Below are positions 25,548 through 35,431 of a stretch of 36,062 nucleotides of DNA, one piece after another; position 1 is the first letter of the stretch; the number at the start of each line of letters is the position of its first letter. The stretch comes from a virus (taxonomy: Duplodnaviria; Caudoviricetes). The stretch is from IMG/VR virus record IMGVR_UViG_3300048575_000373, positions 1-36,062 of that record; one strand, given 5' to 3'. The position numbers and the translations under genes were made by a program. The notes under the pieces were generated by a model. That model made no database searches and had not been told where the DNA came from. It saw nothing but the letters and a program-made list of their open reading frames with translations.

Positions 25548-25589
25548 AATATTTTTAAACAATTATTAATTACCATTTAATAAACTATT

Positions 25590-25898
25590 ATGGAAAAAAA
25601 GCTACCCCCAATCACTGACGCTTTAATCGCGGAATTGAAAACCAAACATGACAAACTATTTTCTTACAAAGCAGCTGATGGCCGGGCGCTGATCCTTCGT
25701 TCTCCAACTATTCCCGAAATGGATGCAGCAAGTTCGCTGGCGGCAACTAAGCCGTTGAGCTCGAATAGGGTGCTGGCAAAAGCGTGCGCTCTTGCCGGTG
25801 ATGAATCAATAATAGAAGACCCGGCTGCTTTTGTTGGCTTGTCCAAAAAGCTTTCAGGTATTATAAAAGCGGTTGAGGGGGAGTTGAGCGAGCTTTAA
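25590..25898 (+). CDS. Tail assembly chaperone (G)
   Basis: Lies between tube and tape measure; IAELKTKH, LRSPT motifs. Confidence 0.8.
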   Translation: MEKKLPPITDALIAELKTKHDKLFSYKAADGRALILRSPTIPEMDAASSLAATKPLSSNRVLAKACALAGDESIIEDPAAFVGLSKKLSGIIKAVEGELSEL

Positions 25899-26059
25899 GC
25901 TCGGCCCGCAAACGTGTTACAGTAGGCAGCGTTACTTATATCAGCTGCCTGCTTAGATATTATTTCCATGTTGACCCCATGCAGCTGACAAACGAAGAAT
26001 GGGCAACATTGGCTGCTCATCTTGAAATAATCAGAAAGGAAGAAAGAAACGGCTACTAA
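25877..26059 (+). CDS. Chaperone GT extension, -1 frame
   Basis: Open -1 frame encoding LRYYFHVDPMQLTNEEWA...RKEE, beginning at G-GGG-GAG; no upstream start codon covering the motif. Confidence 0.65.
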   Translation, partial: GGVERALSSARKRVTVGSVTYISCLLRYYFHVDPMQLTNEEWATLAAHLEIIRKEERNGY

Positions 26060-26076
26060 AAGTAGCCTTTTATATA

Positions 26077-28287
26077 ATGGCAGGCGTTCAATACGATATC
26101 AACTTTACCGGCAATGGTGCAGATATATTAAGCCAATTGCTTAGCGGCGTGCAGCAGAATACTGCTGCTGTGCAGCAGCTGGCGGGTGTAATGTCTGCTA
26201 TGAGTTCTGTTGCTACGTCTGCATTGTCAGGGGTAGCCAGTTCTGCCACCACCGCATCGGCAGCGGTTTCAGGTGGTCTATCACCCGCTATTAATACAGC
26301 TGATAGCGCTGTAGATAATTTAGATAGTTCCGTTGACGAGCTAAGTGAATCTATTTCAGGGGACCTGCGCCCGGCAGTAGATGAATTAAAACCTGCTTTT
26401 GATGATGCTGCCGACGGTGCTGATAATCTTGACGATTCTATAGAAAAAGTTGGTAAAAAAACATTTTACCTGAACAATATCAGGCAGGCGCTACAGGGAA
26501 TTACACAAGATTTGAATAATGCTGTTCAGCCGGGTATCAATCTGGATACACAGCTAAAGCAAATGCAGGCAATTACCCAGGTTACTGACGCTCAATTAGA
26601 CGAGTTAAGCGAAAGCGCCAGGGAAAATGCAAAAGCTTTTGGTGTTGAGGCATCCAAGGCCGCTGCCGGATACCAGGTCTACCTTGCAGGACTTGGTCCC
26701 GAAATAGCCAAAGTGCCGGAAGCATTGGCGCAAATGGGAGAAAACGCCACTGTTTTGTCGAAACAAATGGCCGGAGACGTACAGGCAGCAGCAGGCGTTC
26801 TTACTACAGCGGTTCAGCAGTACGGTGTGAGTATGGACGACCCTATTAAGGGGGCCGAAACTATGACTGTCATGATGAACATCATGAGCGCCGCAGCACG
26901 GGAGGGTAGCGCTGAGTTGCCTGACTTAAAAGCTGCCTTGGAACAATCCGGTATGATGGCAAAGACGGCTAATGTATCTTTTGCTGAAACCAATGCAGCA
27001 CTGGAAGTACTGTCTAATAGCGGAAAGAAAGGGGCAGAAGGCGGCGTGGCATTGCGTAATGTAATGTCTATACTTTCTGAAGGTACGTTCCTGCCTCCAA
27101 AGACGCAGGAAATGCTTCAGGCCGCCGGTATAGATGTTAAGGCACTTGCTGATCAATCAAAGACGTTAGCGGAACGACTGGCCATTCTTGCACCGATACA
27201 AAACGATACTGCTGCGATGACCTTACTGTTCGGTCGGGAGAATGTGGCGGCTGGTGTAGCACTTACGCAGAATAGTGCTGCTATTACTGACCTTACGGGC
27301 AAGATAGTTGGCACTAACGCCGCCGTGGAACAAGCTGACATTATAATGGAAAGCTATGAGGAGCGCCAAAATAGGATGACGGCAGCAATACAGGATTTTG
27401 GTATAAAGATATTTGAAGCATCAGAGCCTTTTTTACCTTTCATTAATATGGGTATGGGTGCGCTGCAAGTAATGGCTAACCTGGGCGCCGCAATGAGCCT
27501 TTTTGGTACACTTGCTCAGTCGAGCATGATAAGATCAATAGGTGCCGCTATTGTTCAGTTTGGCACCTGGATTGGCACTGTAGTTACTGCCACTGCTGCG
27601 CAAATGGGGCTTAATGTGGCGCTTAGTCTTAATCCGATAGGCTTAGTAGTCATTGCCGTAGCGGCCGCGGTAGCAGCAATAGCGCTATTAATTAATTACT
27701 GGGATGATATATGGGCGGCTATAAAAAAATTCACAGCCTGGGTTTGGGATCACAGTCCTTTCGGTTTTCTGATCAATGTAGTAGAGGATATATTTCCGGG
27801 GTTTAAGGCTCAAATGGCTGCGCTATGGGACTGGGTCGCGGCTAAGTTTGAGGCGCTGATAGGTTGGTTTAAAAAGGCGTGGGACTGGATTAAATCACTG
27901 TTTGGTGCCGGCAAAAGTGCTGGATCAGACGCAGGCAAAGCCGCGGTAGACGGGTTTAATGATGCGCTGAAAAATACAAAAATTGATGGGATAACCGTAC
28001 AGGGAGCTGCCCATAACGACAGCCCTGTTAAAGATTTTGTTAGAAAGAAACGCGGCAAGTCGAAGGATGATGCATCTGAAAGCGGGAAGAGTATTTCTAA
28101 AGGTTCTACCAGTGGCGGCAACAGACCTACTACTATTACTATTACCATACAGAAGCTACAGGACCAGCTTATAGTTAATGCTGGCAACCTTAAAGAAGCT
28201 GCAAAGCAGGCAGGCACTGACGTAGTAAACGAATTGTATATGATGCTAAGCAGCGTAGATCAAAAAGGAGGTGTGTCTTATGAGTAG
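26077..28287 (+). CDS. Tail tape measure protein
   Basis: 736 aa, Ala-rich helical; GAEGGVALRN, LFGREN, NPIGLV and W-repeat motifs. Confidence 0.93.
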   Translation: MAGVQYDINFTGNGADILSQLLSGVQQNTAAVQQLAGVMSAMSSVATSALSGVASSATTASAAVSGGLSPAINTADSAVDNLDSSVDELSESISGDLRPAVDELKPAFDDAADGADNLDDSIEKVGKKTFYLNNIRQALQGITQDLNNAVQPGINLDTQLKQMQAITQVTDAQLDELSESARENAKAFGVEASKAAAGYQVYLAGLGPEIAKVPEALAQMGENATVLSKQMAGDVQAAAGVLTTAVQQYGVSMDDPIKGAETMTVMMNIMSAAAREGSAELPDLKAALEQSGMMAKTANVSFAETNAALEVLSNSGKKGAEGGVALRNVMSILSEGTFLPPKTQEMLQAAGIDVKALADQSKTLAERLAILAPIQNDTAAMTLLFGRENVAAGVALTQNSAAITDLTGKIVGTNAAVEQADIIMESYEERQNRMTAAIQDFGIKIFEASEPFLPFINMGMGALQVMANLGAAMSLFGTLAQSSMIRSIGAAIVQFGTWIGTVVTATAAQMGLNVALSLNPIGLVVIAVAAAVAAIALLINYWDDIWAAIKKFTAWVWDHSPFGFLINVVEDIFPGFKAQMAALWDWVAAKFEALIGWFKKAWDWIKSLFGAGKSAGSDAGKAAVDGFNDALKNTKIDGITVQGAAHNDSPVKDFVRKKRGKSKDDASESGKSISKGSTSGGNRPTTITITIQKLQDQLIVNAGNLKEAAKQAGTDVVNELYMMLSSVDQKGGVSYE

Positions 28288-28930
28288 TATTTCGCTTTCT
28301 ACCTTACTTGCGCGCCTTACTCCTAAAACAGGTTTTCCGTTCCCAATTGGTTCCAAACGCGGAGAAGGCGCCCGGATAGCAACCGGATTTGAGCCACAGG
28401 AGAGCAGTTTCGGGCAGCGGGACGCATTTGGAAATCCTGTGATTCAAATAACCGATGAATCGCTGGGTAGATATGAGTTTATGCCTGTTGTTCTAAAGAT
28501 GGGGTTAACTGAATATCAGCTACCCAATGCGCTAATAATGATTGTTGGCGAAAAAGCGGTAGTTGAGACGGATTTAATGGATCGGGGAACTGTTTTTGAA
28601 AAGGTATATGAGCGGCCGTATGACATCAGTATTATTACCACTATTCAAAGCGCAGACAAGACATGGCCGGCAGATGAATACAAGAGGATGGCCGAACTGT
28701 ATCACGGTATGTCCGTGGAAGAATATAAGGTTAAGGTTTCAAAAGGCAGCGAAGTTTTGCCCCGTGATTTAGTTACTCTAAAGTGCGCCTTAACGTATCC
28801 CTTTTTGGCTGATGAAGATAATTTTTTAATCACCAAAATTGCTGTATTAGATAATGAAGGTGCCGAGGATATGGAGATGATACAAATAGACGGGCGTAGC
28901 AATATTGAATTTGAACTAATAATTAACTGA
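28280..28930 (+). CDS. Tail/baseplate protein (DUF6046-like)
   Basis: RGTVFE motif; follows the tape measure gene. Confidence 0.6.
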   Translation: MSSISLSTLLARLTPKTGFPFPIGSKRGEGARIATGFEPQESSFGQRDAFGNPVIQITDESLGRYEFMPVVLKMGLTEYQLPNALIMIVGEKAVVETDLMDRGTVFEKVYERPYDISIITTIQSADKTWPADEYKRMAELYHGMSVEEYKVKVSKGSEVLPRDLVTLKCALTYPFLADEDNFLITKIAVLDNEGAEDMEMIQIDGRSNIEFELIIN

Positions 28931-29931
28931 TGTATTTAGGACAAATGACCGGCGAAGTGAAGATGGGCGGCTATACGCTGAAAGGGTTCCACGCAGTTGA
29001 GATTAAAAAGTCCGTGCATCAGCTTATTCAAACTGCAAAACTGACAATACCGGCATCAGCTATAATGCGCAACAATGGTAAAAAGGTTCGTGTTCATGTT
29101 GCCGAAAAGATACAGGACGGCGATCCGATCAGCGTATCGTTTGGTTATAACTATAAAAACAAAACAGAGTTTACCGGGTATATCAGAAAAATTGATAAAA
29201 AAATACCTGTAGTCCTGGAAATAGAAGATGCTATATATCTGTTCCGGAAGGTGAACATTAAAAAAACCTTCAATAGTTCTTTAAAAGAAGTGCTGAACTT
29301 CTTGGTTGCCGAAGTTAATAAAGCCGGGGCTGGCATTGTACTGGGTGATAATATTCCAACTATTACCGTAAAGAATTTTATTGTTAAAGACAAAACGGCG
29401 CTGTGGGCCTTACAACAATTGAAAGATTGGTACCCGATGCTTTCCATACGGCTGATAGGAAATAAACTGCATTGCGGCATGTTGTACAGCGCTAAGGCGG
29501 ATACTAAAGTTAAGTATGCCATTAACGGGCCGCAATGTAATGTCGTATCGGTAGAGCAGCTACAATACAATACTGAAACGCAGACCGTAAAGGTTGTTTG
29601 GGAGATTAAAAAACCTAACGGTAAGATAGAAAAAAAGGAGTTTGGCGACAGCAATGCTGAATTAGTGATCACGCGGAAGTACCCCGGATCGGTGAATGAT
29701 TCTATACTGGCAGCTGCCAGTAAGGTTGAAATGGAGCGGGCGACTTATCAGGGATTTAAAGGCTCTTTGGTCGCTTTTTTATTCCCGGAAATAGAACCGG
29801 ATACTATTATTGAAATCATTGATCCGCAATTTGGCAGGCATGGTAATTATTACATCGGTACTGTAGTTACCACATTCGACACTAATGGCGGCGGCAGGCG
29901 CAAACCGGAAATAGACTTTAAATTAAGATGA
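28930..29931 (+). CDS. Baseplate hub (Mu gp44/P2 D-like)
   Basis: 333 aa; TAKLTIP, EFTGYI, GNYYIGTV motifs. Confidence 0.75.
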   Translation: MYLGQMTGEVKMGGYTLKGFHAVEIKKSVHQLIQTAKLTIPASAIMRNNGKKVRVHVAEKIQDGDPISVSFGYNYKNKTEFTGYIRKIDKKIPVVLEIEDAIYLFRKVNIKKTFNSSLKEVLNFLVAEVNKAGAGIVLGDNIPTITVKNFIVKDKTALWALQQLKDWYPMLSIRLIGNKLHCGMLYSAKADTKVKYAINGPQCNVVSVEQLQYNTETQTVKVVWEIKKPNGKIEKKEFGDSNAELVITRKYPGSVNDSILAAASKVEMERATYQGFKGSLVAFLFPEIEPDTIIEIIDPQFGRHGNYYIGTVVTTFDTNGGGRRKPEIDFKLR

Positions 29932-30398
29932 AAGGGGCTTCTGAATTATATAACCTTCTAAGGAATATTAATGATAAAGGCATGGGGCTTATTTCCGTTG
30001 GGGGGGTTAAAAGTGTTGATAAGGATGAATGCAAAGCCGTTGTTTCTTTTGACGGGTTGGATATCGAAGATGTAAGGCTAAAGGCCACAACGGACGGTGA
30101 AAAGGGATTTAAAATTTTCCCGGCTGTCGGTTCTACGGTGTTGGTTCAAAGAATTGCGGATGGTGATTACATGATAATAATGTACAGTGAGATTGAAGGA
30201 TTTGAATTTCATATTGGCGGCAAAAAGATAGAGTTAGACCAGGACGGCTGTTTAATCGGCAACCAAACAGACACGTTATTGAATGTTATTAACCTGATCA
30301 TTGAAGCTATACAGGTTATTGTAGTCATACAGGGCAAAGGCCCGGACCTTACAAAGCTGCTCCAGGCCAAAACTAAAGTTGAAAATATATTGAAATAA
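29928..30398 (+). CDS. Baseplate spike-like protein
   Basis: VKSVD...DVRL...PAVGSTVLV OB-fold pattern. Confidence 0.7.
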   Translation: MKGASELYNLLRNINDKGMGLISVGGVKSVDKDECKAVVSFDGLDIEDVRLKATTDGEKGFKIFPAVGSTVLVQRIADGDYMIIMYSEIEGFEFHIGGKKIELDQDGCLIGNQTDTLLNVINLIIEAIQVIVVIQGKGPDLTKLLQAKTKVENILK

Positions 30399-30640
30399 TG
30401 CCACTGAGTAAAGACATATTGGGTTTGGCCTTATATAACAAGGCGATGGAGCTTAATGACATCGAAATAGATGAATCCGATATAGACCAAGCACGCCGGG
30501 ATTTCTGGAATGCAGTTGCCGATGAAATTATAAAACATTTTATTGCCAATATTAAATTGACCATCCCAGGAACAGGGCTTATTGCGCCGTCCGGAGGTGG
30601 ACCGGTAACCGGGGTGTCAATAACAGGGACTATACAATGA
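30398..30640 (+). CDS. Small baseplate-region protein
   Basis: Gly-rich C-terminus GGPVTG; translationally coupled to neighbours. Confidence 0.6.
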   Translation: MPLSKDILGLALYNKAMELNDIEIDESDIDQARRDFWNAVADEIIKHFIANIKLTIPGTGLIAPSGGGPVTGVSITGTIQ

Positions 30641-30930
30641 TAGATATTCTTTTAAATACTGACAATGATTTGAAAATAACAGACAATGATATTGTTATTG
30701 GTGTGTCTGACTTACAGCATCAGGAGTTGATATTGGTATGTCAGAAAGGTGAGTTTAAAGAAAATCCACTATCTACTGTTGGCATAGCTAACTACCTGCG
30801 TGATGATGATATAGACGGCATGTTGCATGAAGTAAGGTCCTGCTTTGCTGTCGATGGTATGATTGTTAATAAAATGGCATTTAAACAGGATACAAATGAA
30901 TTAGACTATGAGTCGAATTATACAGAATGA
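30637..30930 (+). CDS. Baseplate wedge (gp25/gp46-like)
   Basis: KGEFKENP..VGI motif. Confidence 0.7.
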   Translation: MIDILLNTDNDLKITDNDIVIGVSDLQHQELILVCQKGEFKENPLSTVGIANYLRDDDIDGMLHEVRSCFAVDGMIVNKMAFKQDTNELDYESNYTE

Positions 30931-31171
30931 CGATCAGAGTATATCAGATATAGCATTACAAGGTGTGGGAGATATAGACGCAGTTATTGATATATGTGTA
31001 AATAATGATTTGAGCGTTACTGATGAAACCAGAAAAGAGATAAGTGCTGTAGATGTGAATAATAAAAAAGTGGTTGAGTTATTAAATATTAATACGCCTG
31101 CCACGGCAGCAGGTCAAATCCCTGAAGGTATTTCCGTATGGCGCATCGGGTTAGATTTTAAAATAAGCTAA
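30908..31171 (+). CDS. LysM-like tail protein
   Basis: QSISDIALQ..G...I...NDL pattern. Confidence 0.6.
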   Translation: MSRIIQNDDQSISDIALQGVGDIDAVIDICVNNDLSVTDETRKEISAVDVNNKKVVELLNINTPATAAGQIPEGISVWRIGLDFKIS

Positions 31172-32034
31172 TGGCAAGGACAAGAGAAGAAATACAAGCA
31201 AGCGTGCAGCAGGTGCTGGTTGATGAAATGGCCGCCATTGGCGTTGCCATCAACCCGACCACTTGGAGCAAAACTAATTTGCTTCGTTTGCTATGTTTTG
31301 TTTTTGCGGTTTGCGGGCGGGTTATCGAAGTCATTACTGACACTACCCGTGCCGATGTTATAGAGTACCGTACTAATCAATCGCCATTCAACACGCGTGC
31401 TATTGTTCGATTGGCAAAAGCTTATTTGCATGGCTATACATTATCGGGAGAAACGGACAAGTACGATATAACCAGCCTTACACCGGAACAAATAGAAACG
31501 GCCAGTATTGTAAAGCACGCTGCCTGCTCACAGGTTTTGGATGGGTTCGGTAAGCCTTTTCTTCGTTTGAAAATGGCAAGCGAAACGAACGGGGAGCTGC
31601 GCCAGTTGACCCCCACAGAAATGGAAGGAGTTGACGCTTACATAAATGTGGTACAGCCCGCAGGTGTTAAGATTGTTAAAGAAAGCAATGTGCCTGATCA
31701 AATACGGATGGGCTGGAAAATATATTATAATCCGCTTATCATTAATTCTGACGGTGATCGAATAGACGGCACTGTGCAGGATGTAGGTAGAGCCGCTATT
31801 AAAGAATACTTGACTCAAATTGTTTTTAATGGCATTTATGCCCCGCAAAATCATGAAGTATTTGTTAAATCAATCGATGGCATAGAACTCTGTTTGATTC
31901 AATATGTACAAACAAAATACGCCGGGTATGATTGGATAACAGTAAATGATATAGCCACGCCGGACTCGGGTTATTATCGCTTTGCCAGCGATACTGATTT
32001 AATAATTGAATACATCCCGTACAATGAAGCTTAG
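31171..32034 (+). CDS. Baseplate J-like protein
   Basis: 287 aa; PAGVKI, PDSGYY motifs; position in the baseplate block. Confidence 0.7.
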   Translation: MARTREEIQASVQQVLVDEMAAIGVAINPTTWSKTNLLRLLCFVFAVCGRVIEVITDTTRADVIEYRTNQSPFNTRAIVRLAKAYLHGYTLSGETDKYDITSLTPEQIETASIVKHAACSQVLDGFGKPFLRLKMASETNGELRQLTPTEMEGVDAYINVVQPAGVKIVKESNVPDQIRMGWKIYYNPLIINSDGDRIDGTVQDVGRAAIKEYLTQIVFNGIYAPQNHEVFVKSIDGIELCLIQYVQTKYAGYDWITVNDIATPDSGYYRFASDTDLIIEYIPYNEA

Positions 32035-32521
32035 CAGAAAAATATATGACCTTGATCTAAACCGGCTCATGACGCAGCTGGTGCCGGTGATGCTGCGCAA
32101 TAGCCGCCTAATGGCCTTACTGCGTTCGCTGTTATCGCCCATCAGCTTTGTGTATGCCTCCTGGATGAATTTTAAAATAGAGACTGAAAGGGAATTGACC
32201 ATCACCCCGCAAGTGTGCTACTTACAGGCCTTCCTTAATGATAATTACGACTACGATCAACGGCGCATTAGAATAACGCCGCCTAACTATTTTGATACGG
32301 CGGTTTTGTTTTTAGTGGTTGAAAACAAACCTATTGTTTCCAGTACCAAAAGTGAAGGCACGGCTGCGCCGGTACTATATAAAAAAAGTGAAAGTGAAGC
32401 GCAGGGCGTTGACTTTGTAGTAAAGATGCCCATCGGCATTACAGTAGATGAACAGTCGCTGCGTGCGCAGATAGATAATTACAAAACTCCGACAAAAGAT
32501 TTTGAAATAATTTACGTATGA
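32024..32521 (+). CDS. Baseplate wedge/tail protein I-like
   Basis: TPQVCYLQAFLND.YD...RRIRI motif. Confidence 0.65.
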   Translation: MKLSRKIYDLDLNRLMTQLVPVMLRNSRLMALLRSLLSPISFVYASWMNFKIETERELTITPQVCYLQAFLNDNYDYDQRRIRITPPNYFDTAVLFLVVENKPIVSSTKSEGTAAPVLYKKSESEAQGVDFVVKMPIGITVDEQSLRAQIDNYKTPTKDFEIIYV

Positions 32522-33198
32522 ACACTTTAAAGTTAGACAACCCGGGCGGTTTGTTGATGTATCAGGATGTACTGTCGTATATGCAGGCTGGTATGAAAGA
32601 GGCATTGACAGGCATCTGCAAAGCGCTGGGCAGTAATGTTATTATATCTGGTTGTGAAATTGCCGGAGGTAACATTAGCGCCGGGGTAATGTGTATAGAC
32701 GATGAAATAATGGCCTTCAGCGGTGGTGTGAATCTTGGTTATGTGCAAGTGCTTACAACCAGCACTGACGAAGTATATGATGACTCTGTTTCGCGACCTC
32801 TTTACTTTACAAAAACGGCAATCTCCGCAGCCAGCGGTACGGCCGTTGGCGACTTTGTAAGGCTGAAAACACTAAAGCAGCTTTCGAGCGATCAGGGCTT
32901 TATTATCCCATTTGCGAAGTACCATTTTGACTCGGGAATTTTCCCGGCGCCTGGCAGCTCTGGGAATAAAATTTTTACAATAAATCATAACAAAAACATT
33001 ACCGGAGACTATTTCGTTTTGCCGCAGTTTTTGTACACGGGAGAAAATCCGGGCAACCCAAATCAGGATTTATACCGCCCGCCCTTATGGCATTATATTA
33101 ATCCGGTGTCAGGTAATCAGCTATCGCTCACGATGGGGTTAGATGGATTTGGTAATATGATCCGAATGCGCATTTTATTCCTATTTTATCGTCCTTAA
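32518..33198 (+). CDS. Tail fibre/collar-associated protein
   Basis: IISGC N-terminal motif; position after the baseplate genes. Confidence 0.55.
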   Translation: MNTLKLDNPGGLLMYQDVLSYMQAGMKEALTGICKALGSNVIISGCEIAGGNISAGVMCIDDEIMAFSGGVNLGYVQVLTTSTDEVYDDSVSRPLYFTKTAISAASGTAVGDFVRLKTLKQLSSDQGFIIPFAKYHFDSGIFPAPGSSGNKIFTINHNKNITGDYFVLPQFLYTGENPGNPNQDLYRPPLWHYINPVSGNQLSLTMGLDGFGNMIRMRILFLFYRP

Positions 33199-33207
33199 TT
33201 CCTATTT

Positions 33208-34086
33208 ATGCCAATAAGAACAATATCGTATTTGAAACAAAAATTTTCGCAATTTATGCGTCCTTCGGACGCTGATTTTGCGGATCTGATAGATACCACA
33301 GCAGGGATGGCTACTAATGCAGTTAGCGGCTGGGTGGCGCTGTACAGAGACATACAATATGACGCCGGAGTAGTTCGGCAGTTATGTGACTACGCGAACG
33401 GCTCCGGCGATAAGCCAACGGCTAATATAGGCATGTATATTAAGGCAGACGGTTCTTTTACTGCGAACATTGCAGAGGCTGCTAATTTCAGCCCCATCAA
33501 GATCGGTACATTCGATGCACCAATGCTTGCTTTGCCGACGGGCGAATTTAAACAGTCGCCTGTAATGAACAATGCGCTAAACTATGACGGATTAGATTTG
33601 ACTATTACAGATGGTAGTGGGCATACCTCATCATTAGTGAATAGCATTTATCATCAAAATTTATTTTTAAAAGGAAAATTAAACAATCCCGGAATCATCC
33701 CGATTTATGGAACATTGTCAGCTAATGGCAACTTTGAAGGATCGGCGATTGTAAGATGTACGTCAACGGGCAATTATATTTATTTTGTTTTTCCATTTGA
33801 TACTGTAAGCGCAACGCCTTTATACGGATTTAGAAATAAAATAAGCCTGTTAATACGACCTTCAGCAGACATGTCTATTGGCAGTTACTTTAACACTGAC
33901 GGGAATGGCGCCATTTACATGCCAGATAAATCTTTATTGGCTCATAAGTGGAATTTGGTTGAATATATAAGGTCAGCGCCCAATAGCACATACGGGTCTA
34001 TGGACCTGTATGTCAATGGAAGTGTATCTGCCGGTGAGTACATCGAGGTCGCTCATTTTTATTCACGAATAATTGGCGAACTGTAA
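33208..34086 (+). CDS. Putative tail fibre/receptor-binding protein
   Basis: LKQKF...RPSDADFADLID N-terminal motif; beta-rich C-terminus. Confidence 0.55.
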   Translation: MPIRTISYLKQKFSQFMRPSDADFADLIDTTAGMATNAVSGWVALYRDIQYDAGVVRQLCDYANGSGDKPTANIGMYIKADGSFTANIAEAANFSPIKIGTFDAPMLALPTGEFKQSPVMNNALNYDGLDLTITDGSGHTSSLVNSIYHQNLFLKGKLNNPGIIPIYGTLSANGNFEGSAIVRCTSTGNYIYFVFPFDTVSATPLYGFRNKISLLIRPSADMSIGSYFNTDGNGAIYMPDKSLLAHKWNLVEYIRSAPNSTYGSMDLYVNGSVSAGEYIEVAHFYSRIIGEL

Positions 34087-34188
34087 TGGATGAAAGCAAT
34101 TCACAACAAGGTTATTGAATCTGCAATTTTCAATTGCAGTTGTCAAAGACCAAAGTTAATCAAGGATTCTATAATAAAAAAAGGAAAC

Positions 34189-34554
34189 ATGAAATTTTAC
34201 ATTGGCCAAAACAACGGGCGGCATTATGAAGCCGATCTACATGCGACAGTAATTAATGAGCGGGAGCAAAGTTTAACATTGCACTTAGAATGCTACGAAG
34301 TAATGGCTTCTGGGGGCCAGCGTATTCAAAGTGAGGTGAACAAACCATACCAGCGTAAGTTAATAGCTGATAATAGTACGTTAGTTGACGGGCAAGGCAA
34401 TTACCTCCCGGCGGGGCAAACGGAAGGTATCGGTGAATGGGATTTTTTCGCCAACATCAGCGCAAATGTGCCTGTAAAGGTGGATGATCTGAAGCTGTCG
34501 GCGCTTATACGCAACCGCGCCAAACTTATGCCAGATGGCCTGCTTCCTGAATAA
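34189..34554 (+). CDS. Hypothetical protein
   Basis: ATG at 34189 after an A-rich leader (the track extends to 34090). Confidence 0.6.
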   Translation: MKFYIGQNNGRHYEADLHATVINEREQSLTLHLECYEVMASGGQRIQSEVNKPYQRKLIADNSTLVDGQGNYLPAGQTEGIGEWDFFANISANVPVKVDDLKLSALIRNRAKLMPDGLLPE

Positions 34555-35000
34555 TGCACACTCTTACAAACATATTGTCGCGCGCGAAAGCTAATGCTGT
34601 GTATGTGGATACGCCGTGTTATAGCCGAGATTGCCGTTATAGGATGCTTAAAAGCAGCGTTGCATTTATGCTTTCAAATGGCCGAGCTCTTGCAATACGT
34701 CCCGGTTTTTATTGGGACGAAAATAGTATCCCGTATGTATTTCAGTGGGCATTCCCCAAAAGTGGCATGTATGCAATTCCGGCGTTAGTGCATGACGCAC
34801 TTTATTTTGATACTTCCACTACCCGCCTATTTGCCGACAATGAGTTTAAATACTGGCTTCAGGCGCTGGGAGTGAGCAGACGGCAGGTGTGTTTCAGGTA
34901 CTGGGCTGTACGTTTATTTGGCTGGTTGTATTGGCGGAAAAATAGAAAAGAACCAGGAGAGAGATGTTTACATAACAGAACTCTAATAACAATATTATGA
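34554..35000 (+). CDS. DUF1353-family protein
   Basis: PGFYWDENSIP, ALVHDALY, ADNEF, AVRLFG motifs. Confidence 0.85.
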   Translation: MHTLTNILSRAKANAVYVDTPCYSRDCRYRMLKSSVAFMLSNGRALAIRPGFYWDENSIPYVFQWAFPKSGMYAIPALVHDALYFDTSTTRLFADNEFKYWLQALGVSRRQVCFRYWAVRLFGWLYWRKNRKEPGERCLHNRTLITIL

Positions 35001-35431
35001 TGCAATTTTTAATGGATAATTGGCAGGCAATTCTTACAGGTTTCACCGGCATATTCACAGGCCTGGCAGGCTTTTTCTATGGAAAAAAAGAGAGAGCGGC
35101 TGACCTGGCACAGAAGCAAGGCGGAGCTGTAGAAACGGCGCAAAAAATTTACGACACATTGATGGAGGACATAAAAGAGCAGTACCAGCAGTTGAAAGAT
35201 AAGGTAAATGTGTTGGAAGAGCGTGAACGGATCGGACTAAAAGAAAGGGCAGTGATGGAAGGACAGCTTCGGGAAATGGGAAAACAGATCAGCGCGTATG
35301 AAAGGCGGGTAGCGGAGCTTAAAAAGGAAATATCCGGGTATGAAAAAAAAGTACTGGAGTACGAGCAGCAGGTACAAGCGCTCAAAGCCGAATTATCTAA
35401 ATATCAAAACAAAATCGAAAATGAAAATTAA
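34997..35431 (+). CDS. Membrane-anchored coiled-coil protein (holin-like)
   Basis: One N-terminal transmembrane segment followed by a long coiled coil. Confidence 0.55.
   Translation: MMQFLMDNWQAILTGFTGIFTGLAGFFYGKKERAADLAQKQGGAVETAQKIYDTLMEDIKEQYQQLKDKVNVLEERERIGLKERAVMEGQLREMGKQISAYERRVAELKKEISGYEKKVLEYEQQVQALKAELSKYQNKIENEN

Noticed and set aside
25893-25899. prfB-like +1 frameshift at CTT-TAA
   Set aside because: The +1 frame closes after about 20 codons; the chaperone-like sequence is in the -1 frame.
32518-34086. Tail fibre genes as DGR targets
   Set aside because: No match to the TR invariant 5' segment or the VR 3' tract was seen by eye; an alignment should confirm this.
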